Positions 46,100-60,596 of a stretch of 64,000 bases of DNA are shown here, piece by piece (position 1 is the first letter of the stretch; each line of letters starts with the position of its first letter). Made by a program: the position numbers and the translations under genes. This DNA is from the human T2T-CHM13v2.0 reference genome, Homo sapiens. The notes under the pieces are model-generated. The model was not told the DNA's origin. It made no database searches and saw nothing but the letters and a program-made list of their open reading frames with translations. Location: assembly GCF_009914755.1 (NCBI RefSeq), contig NC_060928.1. One strand, 5' to 3'.

Positions 46100-47295
46100 T
46101 CATACGTGGCTTTGGCTTTCATGGCGCTGTTCTCTCCCTGTGTCTCTCAATATGGAATCTCAGTTTCATGGGCCATCTACCTCTGTCCCTCTTTTAATAT
46201 CTCACTCTTGTTCTGCTGCTCTTCTCTTTTCTTACTTTTATCTAGGGGCTGCCATTTGCTTTTATGATTCTATCTATTGTTAATTACTCTAAAATATATC
46301 CAGTTCGTACCTCTCCCATAACTACCTAAAGCTTAATATGTCCCAGCCTGAACTCACTGTTTTATCTTCTTATGCCCACCCCCAAAAGAAAAAAGAAGAA
46401 ACTAAATTAAAAAACAAAAAACAAAAACCCACCTATTTCTCTCTCAGTTAATTGAATTGTCATCTTCCTAGTAACTCAAGGCCATCCTAGATTTCTCTCC
46501 ACCTTGTCCCCAACTCATCTAATAAGTCGCGAGGACCTTCCAATTTTATCTTCCAAATACGTCTGGAACCCTCTCTTCCACACCATCCCCGCTGCCTTGT
46601 CTCCTTTCAGTTCTTACTATCTCTAGCTTGTTAATTGCAACAACCATCTAACTGGTCCCTCTTCCCACAGTCTTTTCTAGTTTTGCTGTCTTTTACACTG
46701 CTCATTTGAGTTATACATCTAAAGTGAAAATCTGCAAATTGCCATTTTTCTCAAAGTGTTCTTAATGGCTTCCCATCTCTTAACAAGTGATATTCAAGCT
46801 TCTCAGCATGACATATGAGGACCTCTTGAGTCTGATCCCTATAGTCTACCTCCTAGCTTCATTTTCCACTATTTCCCATCTCATTTTTAATTATAGCAAT
46901 ATCAAACTATTTATTATTTATACCCACAGCTACATACTCTCACGAAAGCACTATGCTGCTTCCTGTCTCATCACTTCTCATGTTTCCATGCTTAGAATAG
47001 CCCATCTAACCTTTCTTCACCTGGCTGTCATCAAGCTCAGTTTAGGCATGATCCTCTTTCAGGAAGCTTTCCCTGAATCCCCAGGTTAGGCTAAGGGCCC
47101 TTCCTCTAGACTCCCATAGTACCTGGTCTAAACTCTTTGGTATCTCTAGCTATGTTATCTTGATATTGTTTGTTTATACTTTATCTCCTCCTCTTAATTG
47201 CAAGCTTCTTGTAGTTCAGAGCCATATCATTCATTTTTGTTGCCTCAGTATCTAGCATGTAATAGGACTGTAATGAGTATTTATTTGAACTCAAT
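46100..47295 (+). mobile_element. L2 LINE 3' portion
   Basis: Pyrimidine-rich L2 motifs; 3' end TTGCAAGCTTCTTG...TATTTATTTGAA. Confidence 0.6.
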
Positions 47296-47854
47296 TAGAG
47301 GTTTGTTAATTTTAACTTTATATATTACCATTGTTACATCTATTATCCCAGAAACTTACTTTTATAGTAACTTTTTATATTTTATCTAAGAAGCAAGAAA
47401 CAATAACAAAATACCTCTGAATAGCCAAAAGAGTTGTCCATGGACTCAAGTTCTTCTCTCCATCCATAGAAGTGTTTTTTCAACTTAGTTTAGAATATAT
47501 TAGCTTTTACTTAACACACATGTCTAACAAATTGGTTAACTCTTTTTTATGCCTCCTACAAAAATAGAAGCATGGAAAAGGCTGATATAGATATGAAAAA
47601 ATAGCAACAACAGTGAGAAGTAAAAAGGAGACTTCACAAAGGAAAATACAGGAGCTATAAAACAGCGTATTAGACCACTCCAGCAAATCAGTCTGGGGCC
47701 ATTTTATGTAAAAGCTAGTAACACTGTGCCCTTTAAGAAGGTATCACTAAGTTGCAGCATATTATAATTTAGCATCTTTATAATGAGCTCAAGACACCAA
47801 AAAAAATCTCGCTATAGTAATAATTGTAACAGTATAGTTATAGCAGCAGCAGCA

Positions 47855-48090
47855 AACATTTTCCAAGCAGTACTATATCCCAGGCAATGTGTTAAGTATA
47901 TGACATATATTAATTCATTTAGTCCTTACAAGAACCTATGAGGAAGGTACTAATATTATCCCTATTTACAGATAAAGAAACTGAGGCATAGAGTGTTAAC
48001 CTGCCCAACAGGTGAGTGACAAAGCCAAGCTTTGAATCCAAGCTGTCTGGCTTCAGAAGCAACATTCTTATCAGGATGCCCTACTGCCTC
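47855..48090 (-). mobile_element. MIR SINE
   Basis: ATTATCCCTATTTACAGATAAAGAAACTGAGGCATAGAG core. Confidence 0.8.
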
Positions 48091-49349
48091 AGAAGATGTT
48101 GCTGAGCTCATTATAGTGAATTTGGGAAGAAAGGAAAGTAGTTAATGTAATAAAAAGGTAGAGGATGTATGTGATAGGTTCTAGAAAGATTTTCATCCAG
48201 AATGAAAACTGTTTAATCCTTAATGAGATAAGCCCACAGCTGTTCATAAATTTAGTTCTACAGAATCATTTCTCCTCTCAGGTTGTTTTAGAACTTGCCA
48301 GAATCAAGGAGGACACTTTTCTCTGGGCAATGATTCTGAAGTTTCAGAACGAGAAGAGACAAAGACCAGTCAATCTACTCTCCCCCGCTTTTTTTTTTAA
48401 CTCAAGGCAATACTTAGCAGCATTTTTATATTACCCACCCTGTTTTGAACCTCTGCCAAAGATATTATTACTTTGAAATCTTGACACCTCTGTCACTACT
48501 ACCACCAAAACTGTTGTGGCTTTCTTGGTCTCAGGGGACCACACATAGAGGTTAGCCTGCAGCTCACTGACACACTCTCATTCCCTGACCAGGCCAGTGC
48601 TTACAGGGTGGCAGAGGTTTTCTCACCACTACCCCCAACATGCCTGTGATTACCTTCCCTGGGAGGGAAATGACAGGCTATGGTGGCATCAGACATTTTG
48701 TTCTCTCACTTCATTTGAAGAATCACCAATGGACAGATTTCCTCTAGTAGATTCCCCAAACAGCTAGTGAGCAAAATTTCTGAACTAAGGGAGACTTCTC
48801 AGAAGAATTTTATAAGCTTTTTATATTTTTTGTTGTTATTCAACACATATAAATTGTCTTTATTCATTTGATAAATATTTATTTAGCCTAGGTCACTGTT
48901 GTAGGAGGGTGATCCACAGTAAATGATACAAACAAAGTACCTGCTGCCAAGGAGCTTACCTTCTAGTAAGGGGAACATAAAATCAGTCAATCATCAGTCA
49001 ATCAACAAAGGATGAATGAATGAAAGTAATTTCAAAGAATGATGAACTTAACAATGAAAGGGAGCAGAAATTGTAGGAAGTTGGGATGGGCATAGCCATT
49101 TTAGATCAAGTAGTCAGGAAAGGTGCCTCTGAGGAGGTGGAATATGAACAGAGACAGACTATATGGAGTATGCTATGCAATGAAATGGGAGAACGTTCCA
49201 GAAGAGAGTACACAGCATGTCTGAAGGCAGGAATAAGCTTGATAGTCTGAAGCTCACCAAGATGGCCAGTGTGACTGGCAATAGTGAGCAAAGCATTGAC
49301 TGATACAAGGTGAGTTAGAAAAGGTAGATGGAGCTAGGTCAGTTAGGGA

Positions 49350-50500
49350 GATAGTTGACTTAAAGTCTTGTCTAGTAAGTCCAATGTCTGTGCTTCCTCA
49401 GGGATTTTTTATTATTTTTTTTCCTGTGAATGGGTTATACTTTTTTATTTCTTCACATGCCTAGTAATTGTTTTATTGTTGAAAATGGAATAATTTGAAT
49501 ATTATACTGTGGTATCACTGGAAATGGGAGTCTTTCTGTCCCCCTCCCCAAGAATTCATTGTTGTTGCTTGTTGTGGGTTCTAGGTGTTGTTTAGTGACT
49601 TTTCTAAATATTTTTATAAAGATATTTTATACAGATATTTTTATAAAGATATTTTTCATCTTATATGCTCACTGAAGTCTTTATTTTAGTAGAGTAACAG
49701 TCAGCTAGTGATTTGACAGAGATTTTCTTAAATATCTAGAACCAAAAATAAAAACCCCTCTTTCAGTCTTTGCAGATTGGCTGGGTATTGGGGCACTCCT
49801 TCAAGGCTTAGCCAGGCTGTTTACAACTGTATGTTAGCCTTCACTTCCTGCTTGCACAGAGCCTCAAAGGCAGTCAGAAGTGGGAGCCTAAGGTCTTCTT
49901 GGGTAAGTTTTAGATTCCCCTGTATACACAGATGCTTTCCAAAGCCCTCATGCCCCAAGTAGCTCCTACCCCAGCCTCTTTCTTCCCAGGCTTTTCAATC
50001 TGTATACCACCACTCCCATCTTTTATTCCTTCTCCTAGGTGGCTGCAGCTAGTATATATTTTCCTTTAAATGCTTTTGACAAATGCCTCTTGGCAGGCCA
50101 TGTCAGTCCTGAAAAAGCCCAGAGATGAGGCAAATAAAATGAAGGCAATCTCCTGAGCCAGTCCCGCAGTTAGCTACTATATAGGTCAAAACACACAACC
50201 ACAATATTTTGATACAAGATCCCCCTGGTACCAGCAATCTGCATCAGGAATGTGAGCCATGGTCTTCATGGCTGCTGCCAAGTTGGGGAGTAGGGTATGG
50301 TAGGTGGGCAAATTAAAATGCCATATGCTCTCTTACTAAAATTCTTTCTTCATTAAATATTCCCCTGGTGGTTGTAAGTTTTTATTAAATTCCAGAGTTC
50401 AAAAAAGTTGATTCTAACAGTTCCTGCCAGCTTAACCATTGCTTTAATGGAGGAATGGAGTTTGGGAGTTTCCTACTCCACTCTTCTCAGTGACATCTCT
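49350..50500 (-). mobile_element. Old L1M 5' region, flanked by L2 (-) fragments
   Basis: Resembles the L1M 5' part at 34000-34960 (TTAAAGTCTTGTCTAGTAAGTCC, TCCAGAGTTCAAAAAAGTT, TTTCCTACTCCAC). Confidence 0.6.
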
Positions 50501-50518
50501 CCTCCAATTCCTGACTAA

Positions 50519-50833
<315 letters not shown>

Positions 50834-51216
50834 CTGATTAATACTTCTAAACGATCATCCTGTCTACTGTGTAGAATAAAAGTGTCACTAGAATGTAAGC
50901 TCCAAGAGAACAAGGACCTTAATAGTTTTGGTGATCAACATATCTAGCACCTAGAATCATGCATGGCATAAAGTCTGTGCTCAGTAAACATTATTGAATA
51001 AGTGAGGGAATAAATAAGAAAATGAACATAGAATACAGAGGAATAAGAATAGAAGCAAGGAAACCAGACTTGTAGCAAAAATACACATGTATCTGACTGA
51101 CTTAATTACAAGTGATAAACAACCATCATAAATTTGTTAATACCATTTGTTTCTTACATGACAGAAGAAAACAATTGTCAGTGAATATTGGGTAGGGGAG
51201 TTTCAGTACTCTAGAG

Positions 51217-51246
51217 CAGTAATTCTCAACCAGTGGCAATTCTCCC

Positions 51247-51297
<51 letters not shown>

Positions 51298-51400
51298 CAG
51301 GAAACATTTGGCAATGTCTGAAGACATTTTTGGTTGTCAGCCAGGGGAGAGGGATGCTGATAAACGTCCTACAGTACACTGGACAGCCCCTTACAACAAA
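51217..51400 (+). mobile_element. MER20 (hAT-Charlie)
   Basis: CAGTAATTCTCAACC...ACATTTGGCAATGTCTGAAGACATTTTTGGTTGTCA. Confidence 0.8.
51248..51296. repeat. (AC)~24 microsatellite
   Basis: Perfect dinucleotide run. Confidence 0.98.
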
Positions 51401-53850
51401 GATTAGATAAGGCTCTTAGAAGAAAAATAATCAAAGTACATCATTTTAAATCTTCTTGCAAGTGTCAAATTAATAAATAGCAATGTAGTTTGTCATCCAT
51501 ATTAATTAAATAAATTTAAAATATCTCATATTCTAAAATTCATTTGAGGTATAACTTTAGACTTCAGTGAAAACCTCACTAAAATTTTAAAGTAAGATTT
51601 TCAGATTGATATTTAAATGTGGTTATGTTCCTATGTTTTGTGAAATTTTAACTACTGAAATAGAGTAACAAAACCATAATGTGACATTCTAATTCAGAAA
51701 GATAATGGAAATAACTAGAAAACAATTTAATCATTGTCCCAATCTCTATTCTTACTGACCTGTAGGCTACATATGGAATGAGAATAAACAGAGGAATTGA
51801 TTACTTCAACAAATGAATTAAATAAACTGTACTAAGTAATAATATGCTTTCAGCTGGAGTGAAGTTGAAGTGAATCAGATAGGCGAGTTACGGTACAATG
51901 ATAAATGCTAAGTATTAATAGAGACAATGAGGAAATGAAGAGAAAATATTTAATAAGTGCAAAGCATGTTAATATTTGGGGTATTTTCTGAGTCATATTT
52001 ACTATTTATATCTCATCTAGTTCAAGATTTATTTTAGTTAACGATGTTTGCCATTCTGAGCTTTGTCAAAGGCCCATAAATCATCACTTTATAAAATTAT
52101 TCACATTGAGTGGAATAGGCAGTTAATATTTTAGACTTTCTTCAGATGCATAAGGAAAGGCTAGAATCTGAAAATAATTACTTATAGCAGACTTGTAGAA
52201 GAACTCTGAGGCCAGATATGAGATGTGCCCCAAGCATTCTGACGCCTGCTGGAAACATGCTCTTGGGTGGTAGTCAGGTGAATGAAACTTGACCCTTGAA
52301 AGGCTGAAGTGATGAGAGGCAAAGGGAAGGATTTTGAAAAACTAGCCAAGAACATGACAACCTCTAAGATCAAAGAAATGTTCTAGGTAGTATGCACCCT
52401 ACAGTGTTAATGGATTCTTCACTGCTTCTTATGCCTCCGGATTTTGTTTACCAGAATCTGACTCGTCCTTCAACAAAGCGGACTGTGTAGCCTTTTTTTG
52501 GAGCCTTAAGCCCAGACTAATCTTGGCTAAGCTGAGTGTGCCTTTATCTGATACTGACAAAAAAAGATTTTCTTAGGTTTAAGCTGATATGTTAATGTGG
52601 CACTTTGCCTTCTGAGAGCATAAAATAGGTATGGGTTATTGAGCATCTGCTATGGACTGAACACCACACTGGCACACTTTAAATAAATTAACTCCGTTGT
52701 GCTTTGTAGTGCAACCCAATGAAGTTGATCTTGTTTATCTCCATTTTCAGAAATGAAAATATGGTTTCAGCAAGGGTTCGTAACTTGCCCAGAGTCACAC
52801 AGGATTCAAATTCATGTCTATATGACTTCTTTGGTCATTTGTTCTTTCAACATTGAGTTATCAAAAGCCTTCTGTTCTATATCTTACTTATTTATAAATG
52901 AATTTTATATTTTAGTATTTTATTTATAAGCCTTGATTATATTTATAAATGCTCAAATTTCCATCATTAACATTTACTGGGCATCTCACTTGTGGAAGAC
53001 ACTGTGCTGGATGCTGAAGATAATACACAGTATGAAATACAGTTCTTTCTTCAAACAGCTTGTATCCTAGCTACTTAAAGAGAAGCTATAGATTTCAGAA
53101 CTTGGGGGAAATGTAGTAAAAGTGGTTAAACATGACTCATCTTAATACTTGCATCCCTTTTTGCTGCTTCATAGTTCACTAATTAATTTATTGTAAGCTT
53201 TCTTATTAAAAGTGCCTTGTCCTGACTAGGGTATTCTTACACTTAGCAGATCCTGAATAAGTATTTTTATAAGATGAAAATATTAATAATGTCTTCATTT
53301 CTGACTACCTTAGCCACTTGTTGAAATGTTTCTGCAGTGCAGTGGCTTAAAAGAGGAAGGCAAAAGTGTTTTTTAAGTAAGGCTGTCAGGTTTTTATATA
53401 ATAGCAATCTGCTTTGAGATTTAGTATTTAGAAAGATATAATATGTACTTACACTTTTATAAGGCATCAAAATATGCCTACTATTTATTAACTTATTTTT
53501 CTCTCTGAGTTTTTCTTTCACATGTCAACATGTTTATTGAAGAAAAGTTAGAAAAGACAAACTTTGTAATTATTTTTTAAAAGTTTATAATTAGTAAAGG
53601 AAATAACATGAAACAGCAGAGGCAGTAGGAAGGTAAAAAAAAGATGGGCGGAAGAAAAAGAGACTCAACCAAAGAATATAGAGAAAGACTTGAAAAAGAA
53701 ATGTTTTTTGAGCTCTCCTTCCAGATGGTCCCTGGAAATGAAGCTGGTGGCTATAGTGTCATTGGGAATATTGACCTTCTAATCTGGTTTTTAATTTTTT
53801 TAGTTTCTAGAATGCAAAGGGCCTTTAAGTTGTTAAAGAGCCTTACTATT

Positions 53851-54150
53851 GGCCGGGCGTGGTGGCTCACGCCTGTAATCCCAGCACTTTGGGAGGTTGA
53901 GGCGGGCGGATCACGAGGTCAGGAGATCGAGACCATCCTGGCTAATATGGTGAAACCCCGTCTCTACTAAAAATACAAAAAAAATTAGCCGGGCGTGATG
54001 GCGGGCGCCTGTAGTCCCAGCTACTCAGAAGGCTGAGGCAGGAGAATGGCCTGAACCCGGGAGGCGGAGCTTGAAGTGAGCCGAAATCGCGTCACTGCAC
54101 TTCAGCCTCGGCGACAGAGCGAGACTCCGTCTCAAAAAAAGAAAAAAAGA
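53851..54150 (+). mobile_element. AluY, CpG-rich
   Basis: Near-consensus AluY; 16-bp TSD AAAGAGCCTTACTATT / AAAGAGTCTTACTGTT. Confidence 0.96.
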
Positions 54151-57100
54151 AAAGAGTCTTACTGTTGGAAAATCTTTATAGGTACTGTTTTCTTCAAGTC
54201 TCACAATTTTTTTCGCATTTCCTCTAGACTTAATTGTTAACATCTAATTTTAGAGTTAGATAATACATCAGAGGCAATCATAGTCCCCTTGTGTGTCAGG
54301 CAGGTTACTGAAGCTCAGCAGGTTTGATGACGTTCCTAAGGTTACCCAGCTGGTTTGTGTTAAGCCCACAATTGAACTTTGATCTCCTAACTAGAGACCA
54401 ATACTTCTCTTGCTGCTTCTGTACCTATGATTTACTCATCTCTTCATTCTGCAAAGATGTATATCATCAACTATGTACGTGGCACCATGAGTTGTATACT
54501 CAGATGAATAAAATATATTTCCTATCCTCAGGAACAACCTGTTAAACAGCTAATTATAACACAAAACAGAGTGAAATCATAGTGTTGGAAATATGAACTA
54601 AGTACCATGAGAATGCAGAAGAATGAGCATTTAATTATGATTAAGAGATCAGGAAATGTTTGTCTGAGGTTATAGCTGACCTTAGTAAGGTTTTGATGGC
54701 TAAATAGAATAAAGAATTATCAAGTTCAGAGCTATCAAACTGTAGGGATACTGGTGATGATAAATAATCTAGTGTGACTATACTACAGAGAGTATGGAGT
54801 TAGGATAGTATGCCAAGGGGGAGGCAGATGTAGCTCAGGTTGCAGGACATAATCATGAATGTTTAAGGCCAGATCAAAGGTCTTGAATTTTACTGTGTAT
54901 ACACTTAGCCTATATTATAAGGCTAGAGTGTGAGCTCTATAAATACAGGGACAATGTCATATTTATTTTAATATCTCCAGAGGCTACAGAGTAGGTTTTT
55001 AAATATTTGTTAATTAGATGAGTAGGAGCTCAGCAAATATTTGGTAGATGGATAAATAGTGGAAAGTCCTCAGTGGATGTAGAGAACTTTTTCATGGTCT
55101 CATTAATATTTTTGAAAGATAACTTGAGCTCTCTAATGTCAAAAACTGGTTAGAGAACTGAGAGTTTGGAGGAAAGGATACCAATTAGGAGGCTCTTACA
55201 GAACCATAGGTAAGAGTTTATTAGGGACAGAATTCTGATCATGGCAGTATGGAAGGAAATAAAAGGTTAAAAAATGATAGAGGTAGACTCCCTACAGATG
55301 CATATATTCATTCTGCAAGCATTTAATGAGTACCTGTTATATTCTGGGCACTGTGCTTGGTCTCTGGATATAGAGATACATAAATAAAAAGCAGTTCCCA
55401 TGCTCAAAGGATTTATTCTACTGGGAGAGAAAAAAATAAAAAATTATTAAAAGACAGTAAGATAGGGAAAGGAATACAATTCTTAAGTACTGCCTTTGTA
55501 TCAAATATTGTGCTAATCATATTGCATATATTATAATATTTAATCCTCACCACCTCATTGGTATTGTTCCCACTTGATTGTTGAAGGCAAGTTTCTCTCC
55601 AACCTTTGCAGGGCCCAGAGCAGAAGTACGAATAGAGGCCCACCTACCATAAGTCAAAATATATAAAAGTTATAAATTAGACTCATAAACTGATAAAGTC
55701 TACTCTATTTTCTTTCCTTGACACGTATACTTTGATAACAATCTGGAAGGCCAGGTTTGAATTCAGAATTATCAGACTCTTCATCCTTCCCTAGCCTGTG
55801 GTATCCCCACCCACTTCTCATTTACGGCTCCACTTCACACCTTGGACAGGCTTCATGGACAGAAGCCTGCAGGTCCAGCCTCTGTTCACAGTTTCCACAA
55901 ATAGCCAGCCTTTGGCCACCTCTCTGTCCTGAGGTATACAGGTATATCAGGAGGTGTATACCTTCTCTTCTCTTCCCCACCAAAGAGAACATGCAGGCTC
56001 TGGAAGCTGTCTTAGGAGCCTTTGGGCTCAGAATTTCAGAGTCTTGGGTACCTTGGATGTGGTCTGGAAGGAGAAACATTGGCTCTGGATAAGGAGTACA
56101 GCCGGAGGAGGGTCACAGAGCCCTCAGCTCAAGCCCCTGTGCCTTAGTCTAAAAGCAGCTTTGGATGAGGAAGCAGGTTAAGTAACATACGTAAGCGTAC
56201 ACAGGTAGAAAGTGCTGGAGTCAGAATTGCACAGTGTGTAGGAGTAGTACCTCAATCAATGAGGGCAAATCAACTGAAAGAAGAGGACCGATTAATGAAT
56301 TGCTTAGGGGGAGGGATCGAGGCTATCAGGGAGATCTTTCTAGGAAGATTATTGTTTAAAATTATGAAGGAGTAGGGCAGGGACAGGGCCAGAGGTAGAG
56401 GAGAACATTGCCTATAGCCCTTGTCTTGCACCCAGAGGCTGAAGGGGTGGCGATCAATTTGGAGGGATTAGAGCAGTGCTTGTGGGGTACAGAGAAGGAA
56501 TGAAGACTGAAGAGTTAAGTGGTCCTTATCCAAAAGAGACAGGAGAGGTACATAATCACATTTAGGTATAAGGGCTAAGGGAGAACAAGAGAGCAAAAAT
56601 GACTCAAAAGTTTCTTCCCTGAATGACTAGGGAGGTGGTGAGTCATTTACAAAAATAGAGACCAGAAGGAGCCTGAGGATACTGGGCTTTTAAGGTTGGT
56701 ATTATGGATTAATAATGAGAATACTGGTAGAGCGAAAGAGAAAACAAGTATACAGAGTCTCAGAGCTATATTGAAGGAGTGCGCAGAAGAGAGAACTGCC
56801 AGAAACAAAACAAACACTCACAAAAAACTGAGCAGCAAAAGTTTCTGTGGGACAAGAAGCCCGATCTGCGTCGTGTCATCAATGCCGTGGTAGACTCAAG
56901 TTTGACTGTGAGGCCATTAAGTACAGCATACAAAGAAGGGAAACCCCTGGATTTGGCAATCAGAAGTTACGTCCGTAGGGATGGGAAACCATTTGCGAGA
57001 TTTTGAGGATACATAATAAGGAAGTAAAGGAAGTCAATACAGTTTAAAAAAAATTAAGCCTGGCTTTGAGAAAATGAGCGAGATTAGAGATTTGTTTGAT

Positions 57101-57700
57101 GGGAAAGTAGGGTCCGGGAAAAAAAATTGACTACTTCTTCCTTCCTTCCTATTTTTTCTTCTTCTTTCTTATTTCTTCTTATTATTATGTGTAAGAATAT
57201 TCGTAACATCCTTGGCTGAAAGGATGCAGTGAAATATGAAAGACTAAAGATATGATTACTTTGATAAGATACACCCACCCCTTGCTTCTACTCTGCTTCG
57301 TTAGAGGAGTAAAGAGCAGATCCCACCACTATCCGGCTGAAGACCAGTTGCCCTCAGTAAAGGTAACCCTGTTTATGACAATCATCACATGAAGCTAGGG
57401 CTTCCAGGTCACCCTTGTCAGATGATTCTCACCTCCACAGCTTAAGGGCTCTTTATCAGTAAGTCCTCCTCCGCCCTAGCCTGGCCTTGTCCTCCTTCCC
57501 TCCATTATTTTTCTTCATAGCCCTTATTACTATCTGACATGTATTCGCTTATTTTTATTATGATTGTTTTGTCCCTAATCAAATGGCAGCTACAGTTCTT
57601 AGAACAGTGTCTGGCACATCGCAGGGACACAGCACATGTGTGTGGAATGATGCATGTGCAGCAAGGGGGAAGGGATGGTTGATGGGGCAGGAGTCCGAAG

Positions 57701-57895
57701 CAGGGTTTGGCAGACTTTTCCTTTAACCAGCCAGATGGTAAATATTTCACATTTTGCTGGCCACAAACAGTCCATGTCCCATATTATTCTTTGTTGTTTT
57801 TGAAATAATCCTTTAAAATATGTAAAAGCCATTCTTAGCTCACAGGCCACACATAAACAAGCTGCAAACCTGACTGCTGCTTGCCAGTCACTCTG
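57701..57895 (+). mobile_element. MER58-like hAT-Charlie element
   Basis: CAGGGTTTGGCAGACTTTT...CCAGATGGTAAATATTT...AAAAGCCATTCTTAGCTCACAGGCCAC. Confidence 0.75.
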
Positions 57896-58439
57896 AAAGT
57901 CAAGGAAACACGATTTAGAGCACAGGTGAAGATGTTGGGTGAAAAAGAAAAAGGATACATCCTCCTCTGGGCTGTAAGTGAGAAAACATGAAATATGAAG
58001 AACAGCCAAAGGAAGGAGTTCATGTCAATGGCATCAGCCTCGTAGTGAGGAGAAAGTGAAGTCTACAATTCAGTGTTAAACACTTGAAAAGGGAGGAAAT
58101 TTTGAAAGAATGGGGTGGCTAATCATATAGAGAGGAATAAGAAAATTGATACACAACATAAAATTCAGCAGAAGTTGGAGAACATGAATCTGTGTGCTAG
58201 AAGACTAGAGAAAATGTCAATCCTCAGAATTTTCACTTGTGAGCTTAAAGCAGTGCTGCACAAAATTCTGAAGATGGTTGGCCTGGCATACCAGCTCAGA
58301 ATAATTTGGCTTTTCTCATACTATTTTTGATAAAATTGCTTCTAGAAACAACAAAGAAGTATGAACTAACTTGTAAATGATAACATCAACAATTAACATT
58401 TGCTTATTAACAAATAATAGCCTAAGCTATTTAAATAAA

Positions 58440-58670
58440 TAGTATAGGCCCTAAGCTATTTATTAATGGCTGAGCCACAACTGTTATCTCATTTAATCAT
58501 ATTATGTGAGTTCTAGCGTTATCTCTGATTTACAGATGAGGAAGCTAAAGCTTAGAGAAGTTAAGAGACATATGCAAAGACACACACACACACACACACA
58601 CTCTTTAGTGATAGAACCGGATGAACCCAACCAAGTCTGTCTGACATCCAGTCCATGCCCTTATCGCAAC
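58440..58670 (-). mobile_element. MIR with an internal (CA)n
   Basis: TTTACAGATGAGGAAGCTAAAGCTTAGAGAAGTTAAG core; (CA)n at ~58579-58601. Confidence 0.75.
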
Positions 58671-58719
58671 AGGTTGCTGATTAATGCATTGACATCAATA
58701 TGAAAGGAGTTTCTACTGA

Positions 58720-59400
58720 TAATTCTAGTCTTCACCCCGTCATGTTCAGCATTTTTATATTGCTTTTGATGAGGACATGGTATACTTATCAAATTTTTCA
58801 GTTTTGTAGAATCAGGAGAACTAGAGAATGCATTAGATAACAGAATAGAATTCAGGATTATTATCTCTAACTGGAGTGGTTCACCAAAGAAGAAATGTAA
58901 TAGGGATAAAAATATAACCCTTTCGTGAAGTCCGGGAACAACTGTCCAAGAACACTGTCTTAGCTGTTGGGTGTGTAGGGAGGGAAAATGATTAGAGATT
59001 TTAGTCAGCTCACTTTAAGGACTGCAGTGAACTGTAACTGGTTAGAATAAAATAAAATATGGAAGCTTTTCAAGACCACCTCATCTCAGGAAAAATTGAA
59101 GAAATTCATGAAGTCTTGGAGCAAGAAATCCTGATGGTGATAGAGCAGGAGAGAGAGCAGTGTCTTCAAATATTTCTGAACATTTTCACATAGAAGATAA
59201 ATTAGATTTGTTCTGTGTGACCTTTGTAGTCAGAACTAAGAATACTAAGTAGAAATTTCAGGGAGCCAGAGTTTGGCTCACTATGAGAAAATAGCTCCTT
59301 CCAAATTAAACCCATTCAAAATTGTAATGAGTTGCATTGGGAATTAATGCTTCTGCTATCGCTGGACATGTTTTAAACTGAGGCTGAACTATCATTTATT
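58720..59400 (+). mobile_element. L3/CR1 LINE relic
   Basis: CR1-like motifs (ATGTTCAGCATTTTTAT, AGAGTTTGGCTCACTATGAGAAAA, TCGCTGGACATGTTTTAAACTGAGGCTG). Confidence 0.5.
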
Positions 59401-59985
59401 AGAACTCACTCTATATGACCACAAGCACAAAATTTTTGCCTGTGAACATGTCTGAATAAAGCATTTCTATATTATTTTTCAAAAATGTAACTTAGCAGCT
59501 TTCTTCTGTGCTGTGTTTGCAACCTGATTTAGTAGTGTTAGCTATATGGTGGTATATATTACAAAACTTCTGTTTTGAACTAAACTGTACAAATTCAAAT
59601 TTTTTACTTGGAATGTGAGACGATGTTTAGCACACCAAGTTAGGCTTTGAGTATTTATTTGAAAAGGATGTGTACTTTACTTGTGTGTAATTATTGCCAA
59701 AGATTATACTGAATTTGTATCGTATTTCTGCCAATATTTCTTCTAAAGCCATATCCCATGATTAATTTTCAGTTAGTTTACTTAACACCCATAGTGTTTT
59801 CTGTAAAGCAAATGTTTTCAAGAAGTGCCTTGAAAAGCTCACTTATCTTTTAGCATATTCGATTCTAATATACACAGTGAAGTTGTTTCAGGAGGGACAT
59901 AATCTATTGACTTTCTGAGACCATTATAATTAGTTCTTAAACTTAATTCTGTGATCTGTCTCGTTATGTTTTTGTCCTGTTGTTT

Positions 59986-60346
59986 TGTGTGTGTATATGT
60001 ATACGTATGTGTGTATATATACACACATGTGTACATACACATATATGTGTGTATATATGTATACACATATGTATATGTATATATGTATACACATATGTAT
60101 ATGTATATATGTATACACATATGTATATGTATATATGTATACACATATGTATATGTGTATACACATGTATATATGTATATGTGTACACACATGTATATAT
60201 GTATATATGTATACACATGTATATATGTATACACATGTATATATGTATATATGTATACACATGTGTGTGTATATTTGTATACACATATGTGTGTATGTGT
60301 ATATGTATGTACACATATATACACGTATATATACACATATATATAT
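59986..60346. repeat. Alternating purine-pyrimidine (TA/TG/CA) compound tandem repeat
   Basis: ~360 nt of almost uninterrupted RY alternation; 26-nt unit ATACACATATGTATATGTATATATGT occurs 3 times at 60061-60138. Confidence 0.97.
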
Positions 60347-60596
60347 TCAAAGCTTTGATTTCTCAATATTAATAGAATGTTAACTGGATATATGTTTTAA
60401 AGCCTCTAGTTTACTTTTCTGAAGGTATTAAAAATATCTCTTTATTGTTTACTATCACTAAGTCTTTCTGACATTTATGAACAGAGTTGAAGCAAAAATA
60501 GAAAACCTTTTTATTGTCAGTTTTAATCTTTTAAAGCTTACCTAATAATCAGTAGGCCTACTACTTATTGAAAAGAAATACCTTTTTTTTTTTTAG

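Noticed and set aside
59839-60383. Six overlapping 128-175 aa ORFs rich in Y/I/H/T/V/C/M
   Set aside because: Artefact of the alternating RY repeat, which cannot form stop codons.
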